A stretch of 64,000 nucleotides of DNA from Cenarchaeum sp. (GCA_963693095.2 OY843768.1:128001-192000), one strand, 5' to 3'. Shown: positions 20,644 to 29,585, counted from the stretch's first letter. Numbers and translations: made by a program. The notes: generated by a model from the sequence alone, not told the origin.

Positions 20644-21498
20644 ATGGCAAAGGCGACAGTCGGCATATCCATAGTCGGGCGTGACCACGAGGGAGTCGTG
20701 GCCGCCTTCACGTCATACGCGTTTCAGGGCGGGGCCAACATTGAAAGGATCACGCAGAACGTCATAAAGGGCCTCTTTGGCATGTACCTCGAGGTCTCAT
20801 TCTCCCGTCCCCCGGACCGCAAGTCATTTGACGCCGGGCTGCAGAAACTCGCCAAATCGCACGGCATGGAGGTCAGCGCGCACCACGAGGACGGCTCTAC
20901 AAAGCAGATCGCAGTCTTTGTGACTCGCGAGCCGCACTGCCTTGAGGCCATACTCGCCGCACAAAAGTCACTGCACGGTGGCAAGGTCGCAGTTGTTGTG
21001 GGAACCACACGGTCACTTGCGCCAATGTGCAAAAAGGCACGCGTCCCGTTCATGACCATCGAGGAGCGCAACCAGGAAAAGGCCGAGGCGCGACTGCTGA
21101 AAATCTGTAGGGAAAAGAACATTGACGTTATCGTCCTGGCCCGCTACATGCGCATACTCACGCCAAACTTTGTCTGGCGCTATCCAAACCGCATCATCAA
21201 CGTTCATCCCTCACTCCTGCCTGCATTCCCCGGCGCATCGGCATACGCGCAGGCGCACGAGCGCGGCACAAAGATCGCCGGAGTCACCACACACTATGTG
21301 ACCGAGAGCCTTGACCAGGGCCCGATAATCGCACAGCGCTCATTTGAGATTCGCGCAGACGATGCGCTTGAAAAGATAAAGGTTGCAGGCCAGAGGCTAG
21401 AGGCGCGCGCGCTCCTAGAGTCACTAAAGCTGCACCTTGCTGGCAGGCTCGAGGTTCGATGGCGAAAGGTTCACGCAAGGACGACACGGCGCAAATAG
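20644..21498 (+). CDS. purU: Formyltetrahydrofolate deformylase
   Basis: N-terminal ACT domain; VLARYMRIL, INVHPSLLPAFPGA and LDQGPII motifs. Confidence 0.95.
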   Translation: MAKATVGISIVGRDHEGVVAAFTSYAFQGGANIERITQNVIKGLFGMYLEVSFSRPPDRKSFDAGLQKLAKSHGMEVSAHHEDGSTKQIAVFVTREPHCLEAILAAQKSLHGGKVAVVVGTTRSLAPMCKKARVPFMTIEERNQEKAEARLLKICREKNIDVIVLARYMRILTPNFVWRYPNRIINVHPSLLPAFPGASAYAQAHERGTKIAGVTTHYVTESLDQGPIIAQRSFEIRADDALEKIKVAGQRLEARALLESLKLHLAGRLEVRWRKVHARTTRRK

Positions 21499-22226
21499 CA
21501 TCAAAGGCCGATGCTGCTGCGCTGCGCGCGCTGCGCAGGCGAGTCGCCGTCCTTCCAGTCGGCGCAATAGAGCAGCACGGAGCGCACCTGCCTGTCTCTA
21601 CTGATGCCGACATTGCCACCGAGATATCTCGCAGGCTCTGCCAAATCTCCGGCTATGCGCTCCTCCCGACGTTCTCGTATGGCTCGTCACTCGAGCACGC
21701 GCCGCGACTCAACATGAGCCTGCGCGGCCCCACGCTGCGGGCCGCCGTGCGCGATATCGCCGCCTCGGCCGCTGACGCCGGCGCGACTGCGCTCATCGTC
21801 CTCAATGCGCACCACGGAAACAGGGCACACCTAGCGCGCCTCCCGGGCCGCATACGCGGCCACTCGGGCGGCCGGACGGTCCGCTGCATCGTGGTCCACT
21901 ATTGGCACCTCATGGACGCCGAGATGGGCCACGCCGGCCACACCGAGACGTCGATCATGCTCGCGCTCGGCTCAGCAGACATGGCCAGGGCCCGCCGCGG
22001 GTACGTCGAGCCGGCCTCGATGACTGCCCGCCAGAGGGCCGCGGCAGCCCGCCTCTCCTCGAGGTCGTTTCTGGCTGTCGCCAAAAACGGCGTCTGGGGC
22101 GACCCCAGGGGAGCCACGCGCAGTGCAGGCGAGTCGCTCCTCGCCGAGATCGCAGGCAACGTCGCTGACGAGTGCGCCAGGCTCCTGCGGGCCGCCCCAC
22201 GCACGCGCAGACGCCAAAAACGATGA
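21459..22226 (+). CDS. Creatininase family protein
   Basis: LPVGAIEQHGAHLP..TD, NAHHGN, HAG..ETS and GVWGDP motifs. Confidence 0.9.
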   Translation: MAKGSRKDDTAQIASKADAAALRALRRRVAVLPVGAIEQHGAHLPVSTDADIATEISRRLCQISGYALLPTFSYGSSLEHAPRLNMSLRGPTLRAAVRDIAASAADAGATALIVLNAHHGNRAHLARLPGRIRGHSGGRTVRCIVVHYWHLMDAEMGHAGHTETSIMLALGSADMARARRGYVEPASMTARQRAAAARLSSRSFLAVAKNGVWGDPRGATRSAGESLLAEIAGNVADECARLLRAAPRTRRRQKR

Positions 22227-22276
22227 AATTTTAATATACTACGGCCCTGGCCATGCGTCTTGGAGCAGATGCAGAT

Positions 22277-22513
22277 TTGTCCGTAGACATGGCAGTAAAG
22301 GTTCTCGATGAGAGCATAAACAAGGTGGTCCTGATCAAGATAAAGGGCAACAAGACGATCAGGGGCAACCTTTTGGGCTTTGACCAGCACATGAACCTCC
22401 TCCTCGACCAGGCCGAAGAGTCCGCAGCAGGCGGCGAGCCGGTGAGCCTGGGCACGATCGTCGTGCGCGGCGACAATGTCATAATGATATCGCCGTCACT
22501 CACGGAGGGATAG
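22277..22513 (+). CDS. Sm-like (LSm/snRNP) protein
   Basis: [16 protein letters not shown] and [12 protein letters not shown] motifs. Confidence 0.95.
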   Translation: MSVDMAVKVLDESINKVVLIKIKGNKTIRGNLLGFDQHMNLLLDQAEESAAGGEPVSLGTIVVRGDNVIMISPSLTEG

Positions 22514-22517
22514 GCAG

Positions 22518-22685
22518 ATGGTCAAGGGCACCACCTCTATGGGAGGCTTTACGCGCAAAAAGACCCACATCCGCTGCCGCAGGTGCGGCAAGAACGCGTT
22601 CCACAAGCGACACGGCCGGTGCGCGAGCTGTGGCTTTCCGGATCCAAAGATCAGGCGCTACTCGTGGATAAAGTGGTACACATAG
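22518..22685 (+). CDS. rpl37e: 50S ribosomal protein L37e
   Basis: Read manually (below the ORF-track cutoff): [20 protein letters not shown]....CASCGF. Confidence 0.95.
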   Translation: MVKGTTSMGGFTRKKTHIRCRRCGKNAFHKRHGRCASCGFPDPKIRRYSWIKWYT

Positions 22686-22689
22686 GGCC

Positions 22690-23613
22690 ATGTCCGTCGA
22701 GCTCTTTCTTAGCGCCGTTGCGGGGGCAGCAACGGCTGCTGCCGCCTCTAGGCTATCGCTCTTTCGCGCGCGTGTCCCGCGCATCGGCGCCAGCCCTCGC
22801 ATAGGCGCGCAGGTCCGCTCACTAGAGTCACAAAAGCGCATCCTCGAAAAGTCGATCGCGCGCATCAACACCGGAAGCATGGGACTGACCGATGGCCAGC
22901 GTGACGCGTTGCTTGCCAAATACCAGCGCGAGCTCGGCGAGATCGGCACGCGCCTAGAGGGCCTAGAGGAGGCCTCAAAGCACCCAGACCTTGGCGCACT
23001 CGGCGACGGTCTGGTGACCATTATGGACCAGCGCCTCTCCGAGCTCGACGGCAAGTTCGGCGAGCTCTCTGCGCGCATTGCCTCTGCGCAGGCCGAGCGG
23101 GCAGAAAGGCCAAAGCCATCGCGTCAGTCCACGCCGCCGCGCGAGGCGCCGCGTCCGGCACCAGTGGCGCCGCAGCCGCGCAAGACGCAGGCTAGCATGG
23201 AGCTCACAACGCTCACGCAGGTTCCGGCCGGTGCGGCACCGCAGCCGATTGCGCCGATCGCTCCGCAGGGCACAGCTCCTGCGCCGCTCACTCCGTCCCC
23301 GCAGCCCCCAAAGGCTCCTGACGTGGCACCACCTGTCGTGCCCGCCGGACCAATGACAGTTCCCGAGGTGCAGCCTGTGGTCCATCCGCCCAAGCCATCA
23401 ACGGTTCCGGACACGCCGCCGGCCACGACGGTTCCCGAGGTGCAGCCTGTCGTGCCGAGGCCAGAGGGCGCGCCACCGCCGCCACAGGTCGGCACGCCGC
23501 CCATAGAGGAGATCAACATTGACGATGATGACGCTGATGAGGACGACCTCGCAAAGATAAAGCGCGACATACTAAAGACGCTCAACAGGCTGGACCAGGC
23601 AGAGGTGGAGTAG
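22690..23613 (+). CDS. Hypothetical coiled-coil protein with Pro-rich linker and acidic C-terminus
   Basis: Long ORF coupled between rpl37e and rpiA. Confidence 0.75.
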   Translation: MSVELFLSAVAGAATAAAASRLSLFRARVPRIGASPRIGAQVRSLESQKRILEKSIARINTGSMGLTDGQRDALLAKYQRELGEIGTRLEGLEEASKHPDLGALGDGLVTIMDQRLSELDGKFGELSARIASAQAERAERPKPSRQSTPPREAPRPAPVAPQPRKTQASMELTTLTQVPAGAAPQPIAPIAPQGTAPAPLTPSPQPPKAPDVAPPVVPAGPMTVPEVQPVVHPPKPSTVPDTPPATTVPEVQPVVPRPEGAPPPPQVGTPPIEEINIDDDDADEDDLAKIKRDILKTLNRLDQAEVE

Positions 23614-24372
23614 GTGGCCTTTGAGAAGGCCATCGCAGCAGTGGCGACTGACGCAATGCGTTTTGTGAATGCCGGCGATACCATTGGACTTGGAAGCGGA
23701 AGGGCCGCGACTGCGTTCGTGCGCGCACTAGGCAAGCGCGTCGTGACCGACGGCCTTGACGTGCGCGGCATACCCACGTCGATGCAGATACGCCTAGTCG
23801 CCGAGGACGCCGGCGTGCCGCTCATCGACGCCGGCCAGGCCGCCTCGATAGACGCCGCCTTTGACGGGGCCGACCAGATAGACGCGCGCGGCAACATGGT
23901 AAAGGGCGGCGGCGGGGCGCTCTTGCGCGAAAAGATACTCATCTCGGCGGCGCGGCGCGTCATCATCATGGCAGATCGCACAAAGTTCTCGCGCCACCTC
24001 TCGATTCCAGTCCCCGTCGAGGTTCACGCGTCTGCGCGCTCGCATGTGGCATCGCGCGTGGAAAGACTCGGCGGAGCGCCGTCGATCAGGCGCGACGCGC
24101 GCGGCTATCCGGCGTTCACCGAGAACGGCAACATTGTCCTAGAGTGTGACTTTGGGACAGTGCGCGAGCCTGCCACACTGGAGCGCTCGCTGGGCCACAT
24201 CGCCGGCGTCATGGAGTCGGGCCTCTTTACGTCGCGCACGGCCGCAATATACAAGGCCGGTCCGCGCGGCGCCTTTGAGGTCACTGGAGCGGCGAGACGA
24301 GGCGCCCGTGCCCCGCCGGCCCGACGACCTCTGAGCCGTCGGCGACAAGCACGCCGCGCACAATCGTCTTGA
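23614..24372 (+). CDS. rpiA: Ribose-5-phosphate isomerase A
   Basis: IGLGSG, DGADQ, KGGGGALLREKI and TENGN motifs. Confidence 0.96.
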   Translation: MAFEKAIAAVATDAMRFVNAGDTIGLGSGRAATAFVRALGKRVVTDGLDVRGIPTSMQIRLVAEDAGVPLIDAGQAASIDAAFDGADQIDARGNMVKGGGGALLREKILISAARRVIIMADRTKFSRHLSIPVPVEVHASARSHVASRVERLGGAPSIRRDARGYPAFTENGNIVLECDFGTVREPATLERSLGHIAGVMESGLFTSRTAAIYKAGPRGAFEVTGAARRGARAPPARRPLSRRRQARRAQSS

Positions 24373-25669
24373 CGGGCCAGCCCTTTAGCGACATCCCGTC
24401 ATAGACGCTATAGTCAGAGTGGCCGCCAAACATGGCGTGGTCGAGCCTTCGCTCTAGGCGCGTGTCTATTATGGCGATATCTGCGTCGAATCCGGCCTCG
24501 ATTGGGCCCTTTTGCGGCGAGAGCGCAAATATGCGCTCGGCGTTTGCGCTAGTCAGCTCGGCGAGGCGGTTCAGCGTGAGCCTTCCGCGGTTGAGTCCCT
24601 CGCTCAGCAAAAGCGGGAGCGATGCGCCAATGCCGGGAAATCCGGCAAGCGCGCCCCACACGTCGCTGCCTGCGAGCTTTGCGTCGCGCGTGTTGGCGAC
24701 GTGGTCGGTCCCTATCGTGTCTATCTCGCCTTTTGCGATGGCGTTCCAGACGGCATCAACGTCAGACTGCGAGCGCACCGGTGGCATGACCTTTGCGAGG
24801 TATCCATCGCGGCCCTCGTGCGAGAGCGCAAGATAGTGCGGGCACGTCTCGACATGTATGCGCGTCCCGCGCGACCTCTCGAGGCGGATCTGCTCGAGCG
24901 CGCGCGCCGAGCCCACATGCACAAAGTACATCGTGCAGCCGTGGCGCCTTGCCATCTCGCAGACGCGCGCAATTGCTGCGGCCTCGTACTCGGGCGAGCG
25001 GCTCTCTGACCACGCGCGCAGGCCGTCGTTGCCGGCCGCACGCGACTCGCGCATCGAGCACGCGCATGACTCATAGTCCTCGGCATGAACGCAGACTGGC
25101 AGGCCGGTCCGCGAGGCCTTTTTGACCACCTTGTCGACTAGCGCGTCGGTGACCTCGACGTCGGCCATCTGTGGTGCGCCGGCCCCGGGATCGAGATCCA
25201 TGTGAACGTGGCCAATCTCGCCGCCGAGGTTCATGTAGACCTTGAAGGACGATATTCCGGTGACTGCCGTCTCGTACATCTCCTCGGCCTGCGCGTCATT
25301 GAATATCGAGGCGTGGACTCCATAGTCGATGTGGTGGGCCTTTGCGCTCGCCTCGAGCTGGGGGCCAAGTGAGCTCGAATAGGGGTCGACCCTGCGCAGC
25401 ATGCGCATCATTGTCGTCACGCCGCCGATGGCAGCAGCATGCGACTCGGTCGCCGCAGCCCTGTCTATGGGCGTGTACACGCCATAGTGGACGTGCGTGT
25501 CTATGGCGCCCGGAAGCGAGACTAGGCCGTCGGCCCTAATGCGCGTCTCGCACGCCGGCTCGTCGGCCGTGACTGCGGTGACCTTGCCGCCGTCTATGAC
25601 GATGTTGCGGTCCATGACGCCCTTTGGCGTGATGACGTGCGAGCCCGTTATGACCATGTCGTGTGCCAC
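24281..25669 (-). CDS. Dihydroorotase/hydantoinase-family cyclic amidohydrolase
   Basis: LPGAIDTHVH, GGVTT, VHAE, ETCPHYL, PPVR and IGTDH motifs. Confidence 0.88.
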   Translation of the reverse strand: MAHDMVITGSHVITPKGVMDRNIVIDGGKVTAVTADEPACETRIRADGLVSLPGAIDTHVHYGVYTPIDRAAATESHAAAIGGVTTMMRMLRRVDPYSSSLGPQLEASAKAHHIDYGVHASIFNDAQAEEMYETAVTGISSFKVYMNLGGEIGHVHMDLDPGAGAPQMADVEVTDALVDKVVKKASRTGLPVCVHAEDYESCACSMRESRAAGNDGLRAWSESRSPEYEAAAIARVCEMARRHGCTMYFVHVGSARALEQIRLERSRGTRIHVETCPHYLALSHEGRDGYLAKVMPPVRSQSDVDAVWNAIAKGEIDTIGTDHVANTRDAKLAGSDVWGALAGFPGIGASLPLLLSEGLNRGRLTLNRLAELTSANAERIFALSPQKGPIEAGFDADIAIIDTRLERRLDHAMFGGHSDYSVYDGMSLKGWPVKTIVRGVLVADGSEVVGPAGHGRLVSPLQ

Positions 25670-25839
25670 TGTGGCGCCCGCCTGCGCCTGCGTCTCTATA
25701 TTCCTTTTAGGCCGTGGGCGCGCCTGTGGGGCGCCCTGCGGCTTTTGTGCCTAATTCCCCGCCACGGGTGGCGATTGGGCACAGTTGCAATGGCAATCTT
25801 CATATAATGTTGGTATATGCCATCCCGCCGTTGGAATTC

Positions 25840-26001
25840 ATGGTGACAAGAAGGATTGTAAGCGGCGGACGGTCTGCTAGGCGTGGTGTCGGTGCCGTGC
25901 GCGCAGGCGAGGCCGTGTATGGCCGCCACGTCAAGGCGTGGCGCGCCATAGCGGACAGGGCGCTGGCCAAAATAGGCTGCACGGCGGGGGCGAGGCCCTA
26001 A
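25840..26001 (+). CDS. Small hypothetical protein B1 (RHVKAWR motif)
   Basis: TATA-like sequence about 25 bp upstream; stop overlaps the next ATG (TAATG). Confidence 0.55.
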   Translation: MVTRRIVSGGRSARRGVGAVRAGEAVYGRHVKAWRAIADRALAKIGCTAGARP

Positions 26002-26249
26002 TGACCGAGACGATCACGCGCAGGCGCCCGCGGGTCACGTACCATCCCGACCAGGTGAGGCGCGGCAAGGACATACTCGCCTCGATGCCCGAGAAGGAGC
26101 GCGAGTGGTACCTCGCCAAGGTCAGGGACGGCACGTTCACGCTCGCCGAGACGCATGGTATGCTCGCCGTGGGCGAGTCCATGAGGCTCGGCCGCGAGGA
26201 GGGCACAAGGCGCCGCAACGTGCGCGTGGGCCTGGAGGCGCTGTCCTGA
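26001..26249 (+). CDS. Small hypothetical protein A1 (paralogue family)
   Basis: RPRVTY..DQVRRGK.I...M...EREWY...GLEALS; similar to 26877..27113. Confidence 0.75.
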   Translation: MTETITRRRPRVTYHPDQVRRGKDILASMPEKEREWYLAKVRDGTFTLAETHGMLAVGESMRLGREEGTRRRNVRVGLEALS

Positions 26250-26398
26250 TGGCCGCAAAGCTGGCGCGCGTGTGCTCGCACTGCCACGGCACCAGGCACG
26301 GTGAGTCAGTGGGCACGCTCAAGGGCGGCTTTCACTGGGTGCATCATATGTGCCTGACCGGCTACCTCACCGACCACCCGGAGGCGGTCGAGACGTGA
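26249..26398 (+). CDS. Small Cys/His-rich (Zn-finger-like) protein Z1
   Basis: CSHC...HWVHHMC; TGATG and GTGA coupling to its neighbours. Confidence 0.65.
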   Translation: MAAKLARVCSHCHGTRHGESVGTLKGGFHWVHHMCLTGYLTDHPEAVET

Positions 26399-26646
26399 CC
26401 CACCTGCCACCCACCACCAGGGAGAGGAATTTCCCCAGGGTAAAGTGGCCCGAGCAGGACCCCGAGGCCGTGAGGCGCGGCAGGGAGGTGCTCGCGCGAC
26501 TGCCGCCCGAGGAGCGCGAGGGGATCATCGATGACGCCAGGACAAACGGCGAGCCCGAGGACGTGATGCTCGCCTCGCTGTACGCCGCGTCCCGCCTGCA
26601 CGAGGCGCTCAACCCCGGCGAGGCCGGGCGGGAGGCCAAGCAATGA
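26395..26646 (+). CDS. Small hypothetical protein A2 (divergent paralogue)
   Basis: FPRVKW..DPEAVRRGREVLARLPPEERE; GTGA/ATGA coupling. Confidence 0.7.
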   Translation: MTHLPPTTRERNFPRVKWPEQDPEAVRRGREVLARLPPEEREGIIDDARTNGEPEDVMLASLYAASRLHEALNPGEAGREAKQ

Positions 26647-26876
26647 CCAACGGCGCCGAGTCCGTGGAGGAGCTGAACCCAAAGCTCGTCCCCGTCAGGG
26701 GCGACGACGACCTCATCGGTGGCGAGGGCACCGCCATGCACCACCGGTGCAGGATATATGGCTGCAGCTCAACGTGGCCGGTCGGCGACGCAAAGGCTTA
26801 CGACATCATCTACGGCCGGTGGTGGTGCCAGTCGCACGTGCCGGGCGCAGAGCACACCAGGGAGGTGTTGCACTAG
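26643..26876 (+). CDS. Small Cys/His-rich (Zn-finger-like) protein Z2
   Basis: CRIYGC...WWCQSH; translationally coupled. Confidence 0.65.
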   Translation: MTNGAESVEELNPKLVPVRGDDDLIGGEGTAMHHRCRIYGCSSTWPVGDAKAYDIIYGRWWCQSHVPGAEHTREVLH

Positions 26877-27113
26877 ATGGCGGGAACGGCGCAGGTGCGC
26901 CAAAGGCCACGGATCATATACGACTCCGACGTGGTGAGGCACGGCAAGGCCATCTTTGACAGGATGACCGATGATGAGCAGGAGTGGTACCGTCGCAGCC
27001 TCGCCCATGGCCTCACGCTCGACGACGTGTACGGCTCACTCGCCGTGACCGAGGCCATAGCCCGCGGCAACGCGGGACGCAGCGTGCGCGAGGGTCTGGA
27101 GGCGATCTCCTGA
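26877..27113 (+). CDS. Small hypothetical protein A3 (paralogue family)
   Basis: RPRIIY..DVVRHGK.I...M...EQEWY...GLEAIS. Confidence 0.75.
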   Translation: MAGTAQVRQRPRIIYDSDVVRHGKAIFDRMTDDEQEWYRRSLAHGLTLDDVYGSLAVTEAIARGNAGRSVREGLEAIS

Positions 27114-27114
27114 C

Positions 27115-27336
27115 ATGGTGAACTGCAACTGTGGCAACGGTTCGGCTCCGCACAAGGTGTGGTGCGCCATCCGCGCCGGACAGCGCGAGAGGCGTGTGAC
27201 GCAGGCAGTGCGTCCCGAGAAAAAGATGACAAAGGCGCAAAAGCGGCTCGCAGACCATGACCGGCACGTCAAGGCGTGGCGCGAGGTAGTCGAGAGGGTG
27301 CGCAACAACCTGGACAGCAATGCAGAAAAGTCCTAG
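27115..27336 (+). CDS. Small hypothetical protein B2 (CNC..H..WC plus RHVKAWR)
   Basis: Starts 1 bp after the A3 stop; shares a motif with B1. Confidence 0.65.
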   Translation: MVNCNCGNGSAPHKVWCAIRAGQRERRVTQAVRPEKKMTKAQKRLADHDRHVKAWREVVERVRNNLDSNAEKS

Positions 27337-27471
27337 ACGGCCATCATGGCCAGCCTGCGTGATTGACTGCCTGTCAGATCACCGCGAGGCCAAAAAGGAC
27401 GAAACGGGGGCGAGAATGTCGCCCCATGCGCGCGCCCAAGATCGCAGACATGACAACAGTGATATAATCAT

Positions 27472-28068
27472 GTGAGACTCTGTGGCCTGTTGAATAAAAC
27501 ACGTGCCGATCCATTATCCGTCCCAGAGTCACTCCTTGCCGCCTCCATGCGCAATGTGCCGCATCGGGGCGCGTTGCCCCTCACTCCGGATATCTTTCCG
27601 CCGATCCCTCAGAGCCGCCCCAAGAAGATCCGCAAAAAGTCAGCCTTGCCAACACCTGACATCGCCTCGTCTATCCTTGCCGCCTCCATGCGCAATGTGC
27701 CGCATCGGGGCGTCCCTCCGTTCACGGTAGCCTCGTATATGTCACGGCAGCAGCACCCCTCTGGGAATCTGCCTGGTAAACCAATGGTGCCCTCCTCACG
27801 CTTTGACACGGTGGACACTAGCACGGCAAACTCCGTGTCCATTGAGGAATCGCATGGGCGAGGCCGCGTCGCGGCCAATTCGTTCTCCAAGGGAATCGTT
27901 TTCCTGATCGCCGCGGCGCTTTTCATCTATCTGGTCTACCGTAAATACCGCCGTCATCGTGTAGAACGTCAAAAACGCCGTGAGCTGAGCATTCTCAAGA
28001 ACGAGCGCCGTGCAGGACGCCAAGAGCTCAAAACGCGCAAATCAAAGAGCCGCAAACAGCGGAAATGA
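27472..28068 (+). CDS. Hypothetical membrane protein with basic C-terminal tail
   Basis: Single TM (GIVFLIAAALFIYLVY) followed by a K/R-rich tail; start uncertain. Confidence 0.5.
   Translation: MRLCGLLNKTRADPLSVPESLLAASMRNVPHRGALPLTPDIFPPIPQSRPKKIRKKSALPTPDIASSILAASMRNVPHRGVPPFTVASYMSRQQHPSGNLPGKPMVPSSRFDTVDTSTANSVSIEESHGRGRVAANSFSKGIVFLIAAALFIYLVYRKYRRHRVERQKRRELSILKNERRAGRQELKTRKSKSRKQRK
27533..27712 (+). repeat. 39-bp direct repeat TCCTTGCCGCCTCCATGCGCAATGTGCCGCATCGGGGCG, two copies
   Basis: Identical copies at 27533-27571 and 27674-27712; degenerate core near 28429-28450. Confidence 0.85.
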
Positions 28069-28129
28069 CGGCAATGCCACCGTATGCAACGCGCCCTTGC
28101 CAATCACCCTGGTGCGGCGCACGCACCCT

Positions 28130-28414
28130 ATGTTCGCGGCTGGATGGTTGCATTTGAGCTATCATTGGGGCGCGCCGGTACAGGATCACCCTGTAACATC
28201 GTACATATGGGAAGAGTTTTTCTGGGTCACGTTTGATGTCACGACATGGCTGATCCTCCTCATCGTCGTTGGGATCAGCGCGCGATTTGTGCGGATCAGT
28301 GTGCGCGAGCGCCGCGTGTCCGAGGGCACAGAGGACATTTCACGGGGAATGGAAGAGAACATTCGCGACATTCTGCGCGAGACCTATCTGTTCCTGTTTC
28401 CGTGGACCAGATGA
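28130..28414 (+). CDS. Small hypothetical membrane protein
   Basis: TM segment TWLILLIVVGISA within ORF 28010..28414; start uncertain. Confidence 0.45.
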   Translation: MFAAGWLHLSYHWGAPVQDHPVTSYIWEEFFWVTFDVTTWLILLIVVGISARFVRISVRERRVSEGTEDISRGMEENIRDILRETYLFLFPWTR

Positions 28415-28453
28415 CGCCGGCGCCCTGCTGCGCAATGTGGCGCACCGCGCGCA

Positions 28454-29392
28454 CTAGGTGATGATGACTGCTGACATGGCGGGGTCAATGGATGCCCCCA
28501 TGGCATAGCGCGCGCCAATCCTGCACTCGCCGCCACTGTTGCCAATGATGACCTCTAGGGTGCTCAGTGCCACGCTGACCGAGCCCCTTGCGGCAACGAG
28601 CACGCTGTCCCAGCCCGTGCCCGCCGCGTCCCCAAACGCGGGGCTCACCACCACGCTCACCCCGTCGACCTCCATCTCTCCGGCCCACAGGTCATTGCTG
28701 TCAAACAGCAGCCTTGCCTGCCTTGGGGAGGCCACGCAGAACAGCCCGTGCGGAAACCTCGTGCCGTGGTTGGCGTCAGCTATTGCCCGTGCGGCCCTTA
28801 GGACATCGGCGCCCTCTAGCGCGCCGCTCTCGCCGACATCACGGGTTCTCCTCTTGTCGTCCATGCGCAGCGTCCTTGCGAGCATTGGCCCGTCTGAGCG
28901 AATCAGGCTGGAGCGAACCGCGCGCTCGACGTCGAGGAGAACCTCGTCACGTATGGACGCGAGCATGTCGCGCGCCACGTTGGAGCCGTCCTCAGCCAGG
29001 GCATCCTGGCTGACATTGTGCCATATGCCCTCCTGCACGGAGAACTCGGTCTCCACGACACGGTGCGTCCTCGTGCCGGCCTTGACCCCGAGCGCCTCGC
29101 GCGTCCTGTGCGGGGCACCGAGGGCTATGCGACCATGCGTTCCGTCGGCGTTCACGCCCACCTCAGTCACGCTGGCATGGTCGATCACCGAGTCGCGTGC
29201 CGTGGGCATTATGCGCCCAATGGGAACCTGCCACGAGACGGCGCCTCCCTCGCCGAGCTCCCCGGCCCCATCGCCGAGTATGCCCCTGACGGCAGGCCAC
29301 ATGGGCTCGCCGCTCCTGAACGCGCCTGTGATCGAGTAGCATATTGCGTCCCATCCTGCGCTACTGTCATCCTGTCCCTCCATTGCGGACAC
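28454..29392 (-). CDS. Putative HK97-fold capsid-like protein
   Basis: 312 aa; VSQDALAED..NV..DM...IRDEV..DVERA (spine-helix-like), DVLRAARAI..AN..LFCVASPRQ..LL, DGVSVVVS and C-terminal RY.MGA.IDP...AVI pattern. Confidence 0.55.
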   Translation of the reverse strand: MSAMEGQDDSSAGWDAICYSITGAFRSGEPMWPAVRGILGDGAGELGEGGAVSWQVPIGRIMPTARDSVIDHASVTEVGVNADGTHGRIALGAPHRTREALGVKAGTRTHRVVETEFSVQEGIWHNVSQDALAEDGSNVARDMLASIRDEVLLDVERAVRSSLIRSDGPMLARTLRMDDKRRTRDVGESGALEGADVLRAARAIADANHGTRFPHGLFCVASPRQARLLFDSNDLWAGEMEVDGVSVVVSPAFGDAAGTGWDSVLVAARGSVSVALSTLEVIIGNSGGECRIGARYAMGASIDPAMSAVIIT

Positions 29393-29498
29393 TGCGCACG
29401 GGGCATATTTGAACCATGGCCGCAGCTCTGGCGCGCAACGCCGTGCGCACGATGCGGGGTAAATGGTTAAAAGAAGCGCACCCTCGCCGGCTGCGCAC

Positions 29499-29573
29499 GG
29501 GCCAGTGGTTTAGTGGTATAATGCCGCGTTCGCAACGCGGAAGTCAGGGGTTCAATTCCCCTCTGGTCCACCA
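29499..29573 (+). tRNA. tRNA-Ala(CGC)
   Basis: GGGCCAG/CTGGTCC acceptor stem, anticodon arm CCGCG-TTCGCAA-CGCGG, GGTTCAATTCC T-loop, encoded CCA. Confidence 0.95.
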
Positions 29574-29585
29574 CATGATCTACGC

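Larger units (their letters stand above)
25927..27283 (+). repeat. Perfect 19-bp direct repeat CACGTCAAGGCGTGGCGCG (25927-25945 and 27265-27283)
   Basis: Direct reading of the sequence. Confidence 0.9.

Noticed and set aside
27533-27712. 39-bp repeat as a mini-CRISPR
   Set aside because: Only two exact copies, a 102-bp spacer that is too long, and in-frame placement within an ORF.
25700-29573. Complete provirus integrated at tRNA-Ala
   Set aside because: No integrase, terminase or portal gene; no duplicated tRNA fragment seen; the region lies on the 5' side of the tRNA.
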